A stretch of DNA of 64,000 bases from Octopus bimaculoides (GCF_001194135.2 NC_068990.1:18797302-18861301), one strand, 5' to 3'. Numbered from the stretch's first letter, positions 27,633-42,862 are shown. Program-made: numbers and translations. The notes: generated from the letters alone by a model not told the origin.

Positions 27633-27838
27633 GTCCCTGTTCCATCTACTCCGCGTTTCGAAGGCAGGGACAATAACGCAACTTCGTCGGAACAGTCCTT
27701 CCCGCAAAGCAAATGAAATAAAATTCGGAATTTTTTGCGGAGGGTGAAAGTGTTAACAAGAACAGGACAGTGAGAACAAAACAGTAAAAACAATACAGTA
27801 AAACAATAAAAATAATAAAAACACGACTATAAAAACAA

Positions 27839-27841
27839 ATG
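27839..27841 (+). CDS. Initiator ATG at the end of candidate exon 1 (5' UTR about 27629-27838)
   Basis: AAAAACAAATG|GTGAGT: start codon immediately followed by a consensus donor at 27842. Phase 0 matches the only open phase of the 46093 exon. Confidence 0.55.
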
Positions 27842-28789
27842 GTGAGTGCTGTTGGGCCATCGCCACTTAAACGTGGGTGTTTTTAACGAGCTAACTTGCT
27901 ATGGTAGATAAGGTGTATCTGAGGAAATTCAAATACGTACCTATTCGACTGTATTATGCACAGTTTCTCTGTACAGAATTCTCACTATATCTTACTCGCA
28001 ACGAGTTGATTAACCTGAGATTATGGTAAATGATAGAAGATGATAATTGTACCTCCCATGTTATACAGTAGAGGCGAAACCACTACCAATATAATATCTT
28101 TTCCGGCCTAACTGCATATTTCATTGTTCCTTGATTTTAAGATTTACTCAGTGAACTCACATAAATATAATTGTTAGTAAAATCCATCGTAAGTTAATAA
28201 AAGAATGTTATCTTTTTAACGATGTCTGTTGTATTTCCTATCTACTTTATTTTAAACAGCAACAGATGTTTCTGTTCTGGATATGTGACGATGTTTTCAA
28301 TATCGCACGCAAAAAATTTCAATAGATTGAATTTGCTGTACAGTTACAAAATGTACAAAACATCTTACTCGAGATTCTTAGCGACTCTCGAAAAGCAGTA
28401 TTAAATTTAGAAGCTTATTAGATAATTTTACAAACACGTAAGTTTCATGTTTAGGTAGGAAGAAGTCTGTAGTAGCTGATAACTGCGAACATTTTTCAAT
28501 GTCATTCGTCCACCTCATAAAAACACAAGTTTTTCTGTCCAGTTTCTGTTGACGAACATGTTTTTCGGAGAAGAAAACTTGTGATAAAGATACCATAAGT
28601 GGTGTTGCTTTGGTACTTTCGTCACCATGCCATCTAACCGTCAAAAAATTCTCTATGGTTGTCTCTTCTTGCAAATCCTGCTATATATTCGTGAATTAGT
28701 TAATTATTGCCGACATATTGCAAACTAAATTTCTGGGTGTCCCCACTTTATCATGCAAAAAATTGTGTCATTTTGAATAACAATGAATA

Positions 28790-28960
28790 TTTCAAATTTG
28801 GCGCAAGGCCCACAGTTTTAGGGGAGATGGTAAGTCGATTACTTCGACCCCAGTTTTTGATTTGCATTTTATTTTATCGACTCCAAAAGGATGAAAGGCC
28901 AAGCTAACTTCACTGGCATTTGAGCGCAGAACAAGAAGAGCTGGAAAAAATGCCGCAAAA
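28790..28960 (-). mobile_element. tRNA SINE fragment (second family)
   Basis: GTCGATTACTTCGACCCCAG...TTATCGACTCCAAAAGGATGAAAGG matches copies at 7480-7575, 47350-47530 and 60327-60715. Confidence 0.65.
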
Positions 28961-29649
28961 GTTTTTATTTTCGATACTCTATATATTATGACAGCTGACC
29001 GCCACCTGCCGTTCTATATCCTTCAAGAACTCCATGAAAGGTTCTTGAGATTTAAGAATATTTGTTGTCACCAAACCTCAAAATCTCATTCCTACTCCCA
29101 GATGGGTTTCAGACCAATTTTCCTCTCTCCTCTGATATTAGATTGTTGTATCTCAATTACATTTACTATGCTTTCTATTTCCAACTCCTTTTTTCAAACA
29201 ATTTTTCTCTCACTCCACTCATACCTTATAGTTGTGTGCTTTAATCTTTTGTATGTCTTTCCGTATATTTCTGATACTCTAACTCCTTGTGCTTCTGAGT
29301 CATAACAAGGAGTATAGAGATAGAATGTATTTGACTAACAAGCTAATTACAACTGCCGAGAATTGGCAGTTTAAAGATAACAAATACCAAAAAGTATTTT
29401 GTTTGATGCACCATCGATTTTGTCAATCAGTCAACCTTGTAATTTTTATTAAAGAGCATGATTAATCATGCTTTTAAATCAAAGCAACATGGCAATATAA
29501 TCGATGATATACACATAGTTTCTCTTACATACTGCCCAGGTTAAAGTGTGAGATCTTAAGCAGTTGGAATCGCATTAATAATACATATGTACACATGGTT
29601 GACAGAAGGCATTTCCTAATAATAATTTTTCATAATTGCAAACTTCTTT

Positions 29650-30065
29650 TTCTTTTATCTTTTACTTGCTTTGACTCTTGGTGTCCAGCCATGCTGGGGC
29701 GCTACTTAGACGATTTCAGTTGAACAAATCAAGCCCAGTGCTTATAATTTAATTGTAGTAATTATTCAAAACCGTCCCTATTACCGAAGCGCTAAAGGAC
29801 ACGTAAAAAAAGCAAACATTGCTATTGCTAACGGACGGAATAAACACCGGCTGTTAAACAGTGGGGAGCAAACACGCGTTCATACACGCTCACATACATA
29901 GACACATATACACAGACATATGTATATATAGGACGGGTTTCCTTCAGTTTCCATGTAGCAAATCCACTCATAAGGTTTTGGTCGACTCGAGTGCCGAAAA
30001 TGCCATACAGTTGGACTGAGGCCGGAACCATGTAGTTGGGTACAAGCAAGCTTCTTAATTATAGG
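29650..30065 (-). mobile_element. CORE-like tRNA SINE
   Basis: Reverse complement of the family 3' end (TTTTACTTGCTTTGAC...CAGCCATGCTGGGGCGC), core (TTCAGTTTCC...AAATCCACTCATAAGG) and head (GGAACCATGTAGTTGGG...GCTTCTTAA). Confidence 0.75.
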
Positions 30066-30746
30066 CCTGCACCTATAATTAATGCATAAATCTAATCTTT
30101 TTTTCAAAAAGCTTACTTATTGAAGCCAATAGTGTAAACTGAAAAGTAGACAGAAGTAGAATCTTCATTTCGACATAGCAACACGTTTCAAAATATTTTG
30201 CTAGAACTATTAAAATATGTTGCTTACAATCCAACGAAGGGTCTCCACGTGATCACTCAACTTATGGTAAATAGCAAGCAAATCTTTTCTAGCTTTAGAA
30301 TCTAGATAGTAATCGCAAAATGATATAATGGTTGCGCTTGCAATGATCAATAATTTCATTACTGATCTGCTTGAATTGTGGTTAAACATCAACAACACGA
30401 TATCTTTTCCAATTCTTGAAGGATAATACTAGTAAACTTCAGATTTTGAGCTTAAGGTTGATATTTCCATTTAGGAATGAATTTAATCTTTTTTTTTTTT
30501 TGCAAATGGTATGATTTCTAATGGTAAAATCGGAAACAAATGGTTCAGTTGATATATGACTTGGTATAAACGTTGGTATGTAAGTGTTCTTAGCGTTTCT
30601 TCTATTTCGGAAATATTTCACTATCAATCTAACATTTATGGGGAAAATAAATAAGAAATCAATATATACATCCCCACGCATGTATTCATAGATACATACA
30701 TACACACACACACACACACGCACGCACACACACACACACACACACC

Positions 30747-30781
<35 letters not shown>

Positions 30782-32164
30782 GTGTGTGTGTGTATATATA
30801 TGTGTATACGTATATATATATATATATANNNNNNNNNNNNNNNNNNNNNNNNNNNNNNNNNNNNNNNNNNNNNNNNNNNNNNNNNNNNNNNNNNNNNNNN
30901 NNNNNNNNNNNNNNNNNNNNNNNNNNNNNNNNNNNNNNNNNNNNNNNNNNNNNNNNNNNNNNNNNNNNNNNNNNNNNNNNNNNNNNNNNNNNNNNNNNNN
31001 NNNNNNNNNNNNNNNNNNNNNNNNNNNNNNNNNNNNNNNNNNNNNNNNNNNNNNNNNNNNNNNNNNNNNNNNNNNNNNNNNNNNNNNNNNNNNNNNNNNN
31101 NNNNNNNNNNNNNNNNNNNNNNNNNNNNNNNNNNNNNNNNNNNNNNNNNNNNNNNNNNNNNNNNNNNNNNNNNNNNNNNNNNNNNNNNNNNNNNNNNNNN
31201 NNNNNNNNNNNNNNNNNNNNNNNNNNNNNNNNNNNNNNNNNNNNNNNNNNNNNNNNNNNNNNNNNNNNNNNNNNNNNNNNNNNNNNNNNNNNNNNNNNNN
31301 NNNNNNNNNNNNNNNNNNNNNNNNNNNNNNNNNNNNNNNNNNNNNNNNNNNNNNNNNNNNNNNNNNNNNNNNNNNNNNNNNNNNNNNNNNNNNNNNNNNN
31401 NNNNNNNNNNNNNNNNNNNNNNNNNNNNNNNNNNNNNNNNNNNNNNNNNNNNNNNNNNNNNNNNNNNNNNNNNNNNNNNNNNNNNNNNNNNNNNNNNNNN
31501 NNNNNNNNNNNNNNNNNNNNNNNNNNNNNNNNNNNNNNNNNNNNNNNNNNNNNNNNNNNNNNNNNNNNNNNNNNNNNNNNNNNNNNNNNNNNNNNNNNNN
31601 NNNNNNNNNNNNNNNNNNNNNNNNNNNNNNNNNNNNNNNNNNNNNNNNNNNNNNNNNNNNNNNNNNNNNNNNNNNNNNNNNNNNNNNNNNNNNNNNNNNN
31701 NNNNNNNNNNNNNNNNNNNNNNNNNNNNNNNNNNNNNNNNNNNNNNNNNNTTAATCGATTTAAATTTCTTTTCTATTTGAAAATTGGTTACGAAACACGT
31801 GTAATCTTTTTATTATATTTATCTTATGATATTTACTTTACTTTATATTATACTCATTTATTGTGCTTTTAATTATTAATTTTTCTATATGTGATAGTGG
31901 ATTTTCATCGATGAGTTCTTGAAAATTGGTTATTTTCCCTAAAACTATATATTTTATATATACTTTATCTATAAGGCTCAATTTAATTTTAATTTTTTAT
32001 AAATTGATTTTAATTGAGTTTTTTACCTGTAATTTTGGATTTTGTCCCTAATATTATTATTATTATATATATATATATACATATACATGCAAATACGCAC
32101 ATATGTATAAGATGGAGAGATAAGTAGACACATAGACGAATAGACTAACGAGACATATAGATAG

Positions 32165-32249
<85 letters not shown>

Positions 32250-33255
32250 GAGAAAGAAAATGAGAAAAAGAGAGAGAGGAACTGTTATGACTCCGAAGTT
32301 TCGACTTCCTTGCCTTCATCAAATAGTATTGAGTAATCCACATTAATGTTAAATTGATTTTATATATAAGCTGATATAAAAGCGACCATTAATATATACA
32401 TGTGTGCGTGTGCATGCGTTTGTATTTGTGTAGGTAAATTCAAAGTTGGTGCGATGCACTAAACCACGTACTGTTATTGTCAACACTTTTAAGTTTTGAA
32501 GTACTTTTGTGCCAAGGTCGGTTCCTGTATAATAATACTCATACTGTCTTCGTTTAAATTACATCAGATATAAGTACGATGATAGTGAATACGATTTGCA
32601 GGTTTAACACAAGGTAACTGCTAATGCAGTCTTTTTACTCTTTTTAAACGATTTTCTACTTATTTAAATGAATGCATAGAAGTTATCTGAATAAATAAGA
32701 TATAGTTATGAGTAGAAAGCTGAAATTTCTGATTTCAAAGGTAGTATTAACAACACATCCGGTGATGTATATAACTTGTTGCACATAGATTATTTACGAT
32801 TATTTACATATTTTTGGTAATCTTCTGGATTTCTATATCATTTGTGGGAACATTTACAAAGGAGAAAGGCTTTTATATATTTGAAAGTCGAAATAAATTT
32901 GAATTGAGTGAAATTATACATATATATTCATATATATACTCTTATTTATAAGTATATAAATGTATGTATATGCATATGTCCGTATGTATATGCGTATAAT
33001 ATATGTGTATATATGTATATATGTGTGTGTGTGTGTGTATATTTGCGTGTGCATGTGTGAGTGCGTGTGTATGAGTGAAATAGTGAGCTTGTGTCTATAT
33101 ATATCTGTTCGGTGTATAAGTCGATATACTCAATGCATAATATGTTCTTATCTATTTCGATGTGTGTTGCTTATACATTCCTACACACACCCACACACAC
33201 ACGAACACATACACGAAACCCCACCCACATCCACACACATTTGTATGTGTATATA

Positions 33256-33485
33256 CAGTAATCCCTCGACTATCGCGGATGTTATGTTCCAAAACTTCCC
33301 GCGATAGGTGAAAATCAGTAGAAGCAGTACTGTATTTGTTTTTTTAAAATTATTTTTATAATTTATATATATTTACTTTATTACAAAAGGAAAACAACGA
33401 CACAGAGGAATCGGCGTAAGCTTAAATAATAAACTGCAATAGGTGAACCGCGATAGGTGATCCGCGATATGGCGAGGGGTTACTG
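33256..33485. mobile_element. Tc1/mariner-superfamily (Tigger/pogo-like) MITE, 230 bp
   Basis: Left TIR CAGTAATCCCTCGACTATCGCGGAT; right TIR reverse-complements to CAGTAACCCCTCGCCATATCGCGGAT. TA flanks both ends (33254-55, 33486-87). Internal subterminal repeats CCGCGATAGGTGA. Confidence 0.88.
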
Positions 33486-35630
33486 TATACGTATGTATCT
33501 ATGTATGAACATACTAACAAAGACGAGACATTACTTAATATATGTAATGATGTTTATTTAAGTGAAGCGTACCGCTAGCTATTCGTTAAGTGCTACATCA
33601 TCACATTTCAAAACAATTATTGCCTCAGACCGATGAAATGTTTATGAGTGTTGCTATTAAGAAAGCATATTGTGGAAGAATTCACCAACTGAAATCGTTA
33701 GTATTGGCAGTCTGGCATGTAGCCTAGCTCATAATAGTATGACCCAGAGACACAATTACTGGTCGAATCGTACTGATCAATGCAGTAGAAGTTACAAATA
33801 ACCACACGCTTTCTAGCTGTCGATGTCGTGGAAGTAGTAATTGCAACATGCATAGCGCTGATAATCATTAGGCTAGCTATGAATAAATTATTTTACGTAG
33901 AGCGATCGTCAGTGCAGATAGAGTTTTTAGCGACCAGACGGCTAATGCTACAGAAAACAGTGACCTGATCTGCAACCACAGCTCCAATTACTATATTAGC
34001 AAATGAACTTACACACAAATTAATGTGATCTCGCCAAACTGGCTTTTATTAACATCTCAGAAAGCTGAAGATTTCTTAAGTGTACAGCACATTCATGATA
34101 CGAAGTAGTGCTGCGACAATCGTGAGATCATATTTTCTTCTGTATTTTATCTGTACTTCATCTGCATTTTAAAAGGACAGATATTTGTACGGCACACCTT
34201 TCACAAAAATACTTATATGATACAAATGTGGTAAGATCTTGCACATAGGTCGTTCTGATCTAATCGTATATATAGTTATGTGGTTTCGTCATGCCTATAT
34301 TGCCTTCTGTAACCAGTGTTGATGATTTCATCCGTCATAAATTTTTCTCAAGGGTCCTTTGCTTCTTCACGCAGAAAGCGCATGCATTGCGCGATTATGA
34401 TTTTATGCTGAAAGACGCAAAATGACAGATTGATGGGGAAAAAAAAACCGTCAGTTTTTGTAGAAGACACACATAGGGCTTGTGAACAAATATGACAAAT
34501 CTTTAATAAAAAGAAACTCAAACTTGAACGTAGTCGTATTTCTAATAGAAGCGTTTTGAAAGAGTAGTTGTGTCGTCCTGTTTAAGTTGTACGTGCGTAC
34601 ATACACTGACACACAGAACACAGAAACACCCACACGAATACACAAACAATACCAGGGACACACGTGTACGTGCACATATATGCCGGCATATATAATACAG
34701 GTAGCGTGTGTCTGTGCATATAAATGTATGCATTTATTATCGGTTAGTTTCAGGTCACTACCGATTTAGTATTCTCATGTTCGAACACATTTCACCCGTG
34801 GCTAATTCTTGTTCTGGTGTATCATTATCTACATTGTCAAATGTGTTTTCGCTTAGGAAAGAAAGAATAGCCAGTATCTGAGCTGAGGGAGACTAGAATC
34901 TTGTATGTTTACGCGTGCAAATGTCTTTGATCGTGTATATGTAATGCAGTTATTTAAGATGCATCCTTATAAATATTCATAAAGTAATCGAAAATTCTAA
35001 AGTGAAATGAATATCCGATGAGAAATGATCAAGAGTTGCAACTAAATATTGAGTACTGAAATCTCGTGGCTCCTTTTCATCTCCTGGTCAAGATATATCT
35101 TCTATATTTATTTCGATAATCTTTTAACGTCGTTCACTTTCTTATCTTTGAATAATTAACGCTTCATTTAGTATATCAATATCCAGCAGTATTCTCTCCA
35201 AGTGCTCAAGTTCACTCTAGCTCAAAATCTGGCAAACGTACACATTCACGTACACGCATACATATTCACCTACACACATACATATACACACGCACACATA
35301 TGCACGCACAATCTCTCTCTCTCTCTTTCACACACACACACACACACGCACACACACACACACGCACACACTTGTATATGTGCGTGCACTATCACACCAT
35401 CACCCCTATATATATATATATATATATATATANNNNNNNNNNNNNNNNNNNNNNNNNNNNNNNNNNNNNNNNNNNNNNNNNNNNNNNNNNNNNTCCCTCT
35501 GTCTCACTGTATCTATCTCTCTATCTTATGCATACATACCTATATAATACATACGCACGCACACACATACGCACACATATTTATTTATAATTGGCTTTTC
35601 AAGTATTTGGATTGTGAATGTTTGCATATC

Positions 35631-35672
<42 letters not shown>

Positions 35673-37814
35673 TGTGTGTGTGTGTATTTCTCTCCTTGTC
35701 TGCCTCTTTGCATATTTGTGTCAGATTATACAATAAACTTCTATTCATAAGGTACATTTCCGCTTCCTATTGACAAATCATTCTATTCATTTCAATAGTT
35801 ATTTATGCATTGGTGGCCAGTTGTTGTTTTTGATTTCAACCCATCACATAGCCGAATAATTAATTGGCAGCTAGACAATAATGGAATCCTATAAATCGTT
35901 GTGGCTTTAATTACTCATACGTTCCATTGTAGTCAGTGCTTTTACGACCTAGCAAACAGGCAGAAGAGCTTTGTTAGTCTTAGCATTACATGAAAAACCA
36001 ATCTTAAAGATGCATTAATCATTAATGGGTTTGTGTTCATCCAGTCGATTTGATATATTTACACATATAAACACACATTCTAATTCATGGACACCCGTAT
36101 ATTTCCATGTTTGTATATCATGCCAATGGAGGATACTGGACGTGTTATTTTGACCTGCTAGTTATAATCGCTGAACATTCACTGACTTAAACCAGAAATC
36201 GTACATTGAATAATATATTTCGCATCATCATCAGGTTGTTTTGCTTTTAGCTATTGGAATGTTATGCTACGATATAATGATATCTGTTTTTAATTGAAGT
36301 GCGTACATATTGTGATTCGAATGCCTTGTGTAATTAACAGCATATCACTGCAGAAGTTTGACTTAAAATACAAGTATTCGGATAAAATAACACAAGACAT
36401 AGAGTCCGACAGATTAATACTTCTTTTAGTTAGCTGTCCCAAATGAGTCCATTACTTATCGATACGGAAATCGTGAAGAACAAACTTGAGCTCAGTACAA
36501 ACACAACCTAGAAAGCAATAATCCGTAATATATAATTTGATCAGGTTTTCTAACTCTACTTAAACATTGTCTCAGATTTTTCGTAAATAAATTGTGAGTG
36601 GTTATGACTGAAATACTTAGGATTATATTTTGTTTAATCTCTTTCTAGCTGAAGCTAAACATCAATACATAATAAATGACCGATGTTGTTGTGTATGATT
36701 CTAGGTCACCTCCGTTCAAGTGGAGCTATATGGTATAACATTTGTTACGGGACCATACCGTTCTAACCCATCTATTTAGATTCACTTAATCTTAAACTAC
36801 ATTAGCAAATTTATCCTTCTTATAAATGCTATACAGTGTAAAATAAGAGCAACCTGTGTACGGTTGGGAAACGATATGCATATACACTGCTCAAGATCAA
36901 ATTGTATTTGTATACATATAAGCTGCAGGAAAAATTTCCATATGAGAGTAAATGTAATTGTTGGTAAACGTCTGAGACACACCAGCGTTGTTTTGTCTAA
37001 GAATGCTAAGAATGGTTAACCAGTGCATCGTGCTGTGTCGAAGAACAAAGAATTTGAAATTTCCCTGTTTTATTGTGCCTTGCTGTAAATGGGTGTTGAA
37101 CAAAATTTTCCTTCGTGAGTCAAGAGTAGACATCGGAAACTATTACAACGTTAAAAATTATACCTCTAATTATTACAACGTCAACTGCGGTGATCAAGGA
37201 AAATGTATCAAGGATTAGGTAACATTACTCTCTGGCAAACGATCAAGGGAAGCTAGAGTTTTTGATGTCTTAAACGCCGCAAGCAGATGTATTTCTCTTT
37301 ACTGCCACTGTAGTTAGTAACTTGCGTTATTTTTACAACGTAATATTTATAAAATAGCATTAATTTGAAAATCTATTATGTTAGTTTTCACCCAATATAC
37401 TATAGAAATTCACCACTTTTAAAACAGCAGTGGTTTAAAATATTCGAAATGATGTAATTCATACATTTACTACATAAATACACTGTCAAAACTAAGTTAT
37501 AGTGAAGCCAATTAATGATATTTATCGGCGCCACTCAACTCAACGTTTCTTAGAAATATTTCCATGCAATAAGTTAGTTAATGCAGCGCCCAAGCAATGA
37601 TAGCTGGCTCGGAACTATCATGGATAACCAGATTTCTAAATAGACAAGTATATAAAAACCACCGTTATTAAACAAATACTGAAACAAAAGCCGTTTTGTT
37701 TCGGTGCCAAGGCAAATGAAACCAATAATAAAGATACGTTGGGATTAATATATGATGAATTTTCAAACTTGGTATTGATTTCTAGTTTAAAATATTCGGA
37801 TAATGAAACAGGTA

Positions 37815-38215
37815 TGGTTGTTTGATTAAGAAGATCACTTAACAACCACGGGGTTCCAAGTTCAGTCCCACTTTGTAGCACCTTGGGTAAATGCCTTTTA
37901 CTCTAGCCCTGGCTCAACCAATCTGCTGTGAGTGACTGTGGTTCACGGAAATTTTGTGGAAGTCCGTCGTGTTTGTGTATATATTTATATATATTAATGT
38001 ACGCATTTATGTGTGTGTGTGTGATTTTCGTTGTCAGTTCCACCATTCGAGGGTTGGTATCGTTTTTACGTTTCCTAATCTGCATCCTAGTATCATACTC
38101 AACAATATAAGTAATTATTAGGGTCGATTTATTCGAATAAACCCTACAAGGCAGCGACCGAGTATAATCATAGTCCAAGGGATAAAACGAGTAAAACTAC
38201 AAAAGATAAAAGATA
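37815..38215 (+). mobile_element. CORE-like tRNA SINE
   Basis: GGTATGGTTGTTTGATTAAGAAG...GTTCAGTCCCACTTTGTAGCACCTTGGGTAAATGCC core, central (TG)n, and a 3' part ending ATAAAAGATAA. Confidence 0.7.
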
Positions 38216-38886
38216 AGGGATTCCAAATACTTTAGTAAAGTATCTGTATAACATACTATTTAAGGTATCAACATGAATTCCTTTTATATCTGTTCTGGTA
38301 TGAATATGATGTCTCTCTTCAATAGAAGAACTGATTGATGTATTGCATGCACATGTAACAACACTTTTCCGCCTTATTTACGTTGAAGGTGTCATTAATC
38401 AAAGAGAAGCTCACATATTTCTAAATATCTGACTTGCTAAGGTTTCAACAGGCCAATGACTCATTTTATGCCTGCATACAAGCTGTCCATAAACCCAGCT
38501 TATTAAATTCACATTTCGATTATAATTCAATTAATATCGATTTTAGTGCCCGAAATACATAATTATAAATTAAAAGACGTATCTTCCATTTTCAATTGAG
38601 GGATAAACCTTATTTGTAAATAGCTATTAACAGGTCTTGGCAAAATGCGTTAACGGAAATGGCATAAATATCTTGTATTATATCCTGATGACTTATATCT
38701 GTAATATTATCAGTCGCCATACATATATCTCATAGATTCGGCTTGCAAGCTGAAGAAGTGAGTCCTGCTGTTGCTTACATAGTAAGACTGTTTCTTTCTT
38801 AAGGGTGCAAAATATTGAGGCCATTATAATTAGAGCAAATTTCGCTTTCAAATTTACAAACACAAACGCGCAAAATGTCGTTCCCC

Positions 38887-38974
<88 letters not shown>

Positions 38975-39001
38975 GCCTATGTATATATGTATATAAATGT
39001 A

Positions 39002-39044
<43 letters not shown>

Positions 39045-39182
39045 CTACCTTCCATAGAGTCCTATGCGATAGTTTTCAAAATATTCAATCAGACCATTCC
39101 CATCCGGAACGTTGTCATGATGCACGCACGTACCTCCCACAGTTTCTCACGCTCTCTCTCTCTTCCTCTCACTATTTCTTAG

Positions 39183-39195
39183 CTATGTAGATCCA
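39183..39195 (+). CDS. Candidate 13-nt microexon (phase 2 to 0 reads YVDP)
   Basis: Long pyrimidine tract ...CTCTTCCTCTCACTATTTCTTAG|CTATGTAGATCCA|GTGAGC. Not phase-compatible with direct joining of the ATG exon to 46093. Confidence 0.3.
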
Positions 39196-41004
39196 GTGAG
39201 CTGTTTCCTTGTAATATTTTATCTGTTTAGATACATTGAAATCATAGCAATGTGTATGATGTCTGAAACATACAAAACATGCAAATTAACACATGACGAG
39301 CAAAATAAAAAAATGAATATGAATATCGGTGTGAAGAATGGTGATGTATGGTTCAGAATACTAATAACTTACCTTTTCTATTGATTGTTTTATATTTTAT
39401 CTAATTTTTTTCTAATTCTTTAAAATATATTCTTCAGTTATTCTCCTCATCTTTTAATCCAAAGGATTGCAATTCGAGAGGTTTTCCTTTCAATCTCTGA
39501 AAAAACAAATTTTACTCAACAACTACAAAAGGAGATGTTATATATCACATAATTCAATACATCGTTGCGGTTTATTTACAGCACTTCGCATGCTTTAAGA
39601 TAAAAAGTTAAATTAGAAGAATTATAAACATCAAATAACCAAAGATTTTAAGGAATAAAATATAAACGATATCACAAACTATTCATATCGACGAGCGGCT
39701 GATGAGAGGCAGATGTATGTATGTATGTATGTATGTATGTATGTATGTATGTATGTATGTATGTATGTGTTCATGTATTTATGTGAGTTTATATGTGAAT
39801 GTGTTTGTGTATTTGTGTGTATATGTGTGTGCAGTATATATGCTTCATCAGCTGTTGGGTATGCTTCTCTCTTTTGCCCCAACCTGTATAAATCAAAAAT
39901 TAACTATCAAAGCACTGGTATCTAGGTTTCTGTGAAAGAAGAGTTCTGGAATAAGACAAAAATACCGCAATTGCCATCTATAATACTGATGATGTGTCTC
40001 TAAACTAACGCATGCGCAGCCTTTTAAACAGACCGCTGCATTGTTTTGAAACCCATGATATGTAACATCTCGTTTCGCAATTGTAGATGCCGAGAGACGA
40101 CGAGGAAAGTAAACCAGTGTTTTGTTTTAGACTGAAAGGAAATCTTTAAACATTTCATGGAAAAAAGCAAACAAATGGACAATAATTGAAGAATAACTGA
40201 CACATTAGGACAAATGAATTAAGATAAAAAAAAAACTCGTTAGGCTATTTTTAAAAACGGTATTATGGTATTGGTATCATTGTGTTGTGTGTTCCTTACA
40301 TTTGAATAATAATTGTAGCAGAAATAATATTTTCAAGAATTTGTATTTAATCGAATTAAGAAATAATTCACTTGAATACCTTTAACTGTAATTGCAAACA
40401 TAAAATCTAATTCGATTCAATACACAAGAAATATAAACAAAATCCAACAATTTAGTGTTTATTTTAGAACTACAAACTTGCACCAAAAAAATTTGAGCAT
40501 AGAAAACTATCTGCTGGTGCTAAAAGGAAAAACAAAATCTTGCACAAGTTGCTGAAGACATTATTTAATATATTCTGCATCTTTCAAAGGAGATTAATGC
40601 CGAGGTCAGTATAAGTTAGATCTTATCTTGAAGTCTCGAAGTTATGTCCATCCATAAGTTCGTCTGTCCGTCCGCCCGTATTTCTATCTGTCCGTCCGTT
40701 TTGCTAGTACATAGCTGAAATGCCTTCTATTTCTTGGAATCAAGCGACACTGTAAATCCCTATTATCCTTTCATAATACAGCATAGCTAATTCTAAAGGA
40801 GCGAAATAGGGATGAATCGGTTTCGATGTTTCTATGTTTATTGACTTTGAAGAAATGTAAGGTATAGTTTGACTCGAGGGAAACATATGAACTCGAAAAT
40901 TACTCCAGGCATCAGGTCAATGTTCTGACCATTCTGGTTATCGGCCAAATATCTATGTATGTATGTATGTATGTATGTATGTATTATGTATGTATGTATG
41001 TATG

Positions 41005-41089
<85 letters not shown>

Positions 41090-41118
41090 GCCTGCTTGCC
41101 TGTCTGTCNNNNNNNNNN

Positions 41119-41189
<71 letters not shown>

Positions 41190-42862
41190 GATAGAAAGAG
41201 AGAGAGAAAGAAAGGGAGGGAGAGATAAAGAAAGAGAGATAGATAGATGGATAGAGACACACGCACACACATAAAGTGATCGAGAATGAGATCCGAGTGT
41301 GTGGGATTTTTAAAATATAGGTCAATTGACAGATCGTTCCTTAAAGATAAAGGATACGGAATAGAGAATTATTAATATTTTTGAAATATATATAACAACT
41401 CGTTACAGTCTATACAGAAAAACTGATGAACTACATACATTTTAAATAATAAATGCATTCAATATACAAAACACATTTCAGATTACAAATGCCAAGAAAT
41501 TTTTCTCAGACATTCACTGAGGTGTGAATTTGTACAATTACAAGAATGATACACTAAGACAATAATTATGATGGAATTATCATTGCGTATACGCATAGAA
41601 TTCATTAAGAAAGTGAATGAGGTCTATATAGCGGTAGGAATACTGCAAAATATTGGACTTCATATTACGTTCCTGCATACTAATGGATTTTGTTTCCAGC
41701 AAAACTTTGTTTCTATGTTATTTCGTTTTCCTTATTATTTTTGTAATTTGCTGGCAAAGAAAGAATTTTTCTTCTTTTAGTATCACTATTATTCGAAAGC
41801 TTATCTGTATTGTGTATTATAGTCTTGCTACAGAGAACAATTGCAACAAATATCACAAAAGAGTAGAATTGCTATATTCTTAATGTTGATAGAGTAATAC
41901 TACATTTCACTCTAGTTTTAACATAAATCTCAGGTAACACATGAACGAAACTGCTTATTTTGGTGTTCATTATGTCTTGAGGATGATTTTAACGTTATTT
42001 TCTCTTCGCAGGTTTTGATGTATTCTGTGAGGAAAACTGTGCAATCTCTCTTCATTCGTACCTAAATGAATATACGGAGTGATTTAATGCTTGCTTTGAA
42101 TTCACGCACGCTCATACAGACACTAACAAGCACGCACGTAAATTAGAATTGATTGGCTAGTAGATATAGGTAGCTAAATATTCGTCCCATTCTGTGTTCT
42201 TATCTGAGGTGTGACTTAGGTTGTCAACAAAGGTAGCTCTATCGTATTATAATAAAAGATCTATGAATACATGATGACAAAATTACAAACTGTAACATGT
42301 AATTTTAAAAATAAAAATGTTTTGGAATCTCACACTGTTCGATGACAACATCGATTATAGTTTCTTGCATATTGATTGAAAATCCGGTTTAAGCTAAACA
42401 TACTCATAGTTACCAGACGTTCTCAGTTCTAATATACAACATAAGCTGAGTCATTATTGCATCTTCATTTCAAACATTAAATTACTTTAGATAATTTTTT
42501 CCATTGTTGAGATTGATTTCTCTTGAACATATATTGACAAAGGAAATCAGTTCCTATATTGGGTTTAGAAATCGTTAGAAATATCCAATAGATTATCTAT
42601 ATAAATTCTGCAGTTGAATAATATATTGAAGACATAACACCATCAGCTTCATGTTTCCATGAATTCATAAAACGGATATCCAGGGAAAGGTGTTAGCAAA
42701 TTCAACATCAACAAGGCTGTTCCACCAGGACAAGCCAAACGACAATAAGATTAATAATGACATCTGCCAAATCGTGCGTTGAAAATGATCTATGAATATG
42801 TCTATGCATAGCTTCTTTCTGCTTATACACACGAGTTTATATATGCATATANNNNNNNNNNN

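Noticed and set aside
29040-29330. LLSPNLKISFLLPDGFQTNFPL plus a pyrimidine tract, faintly like the PLE GIY-YIG end at 20377
   Set aside because: Needs frameshifts and gaps; similarity is too weak to call without a search.
42012-42072. Very strong acceptor TTATTTTCTCTTCGCAG at 42011
   Set aside because: No convincing donor before stops in the open phases; it cannot be fitted into the exon chain, though a terminal or poison exon is not excluded.
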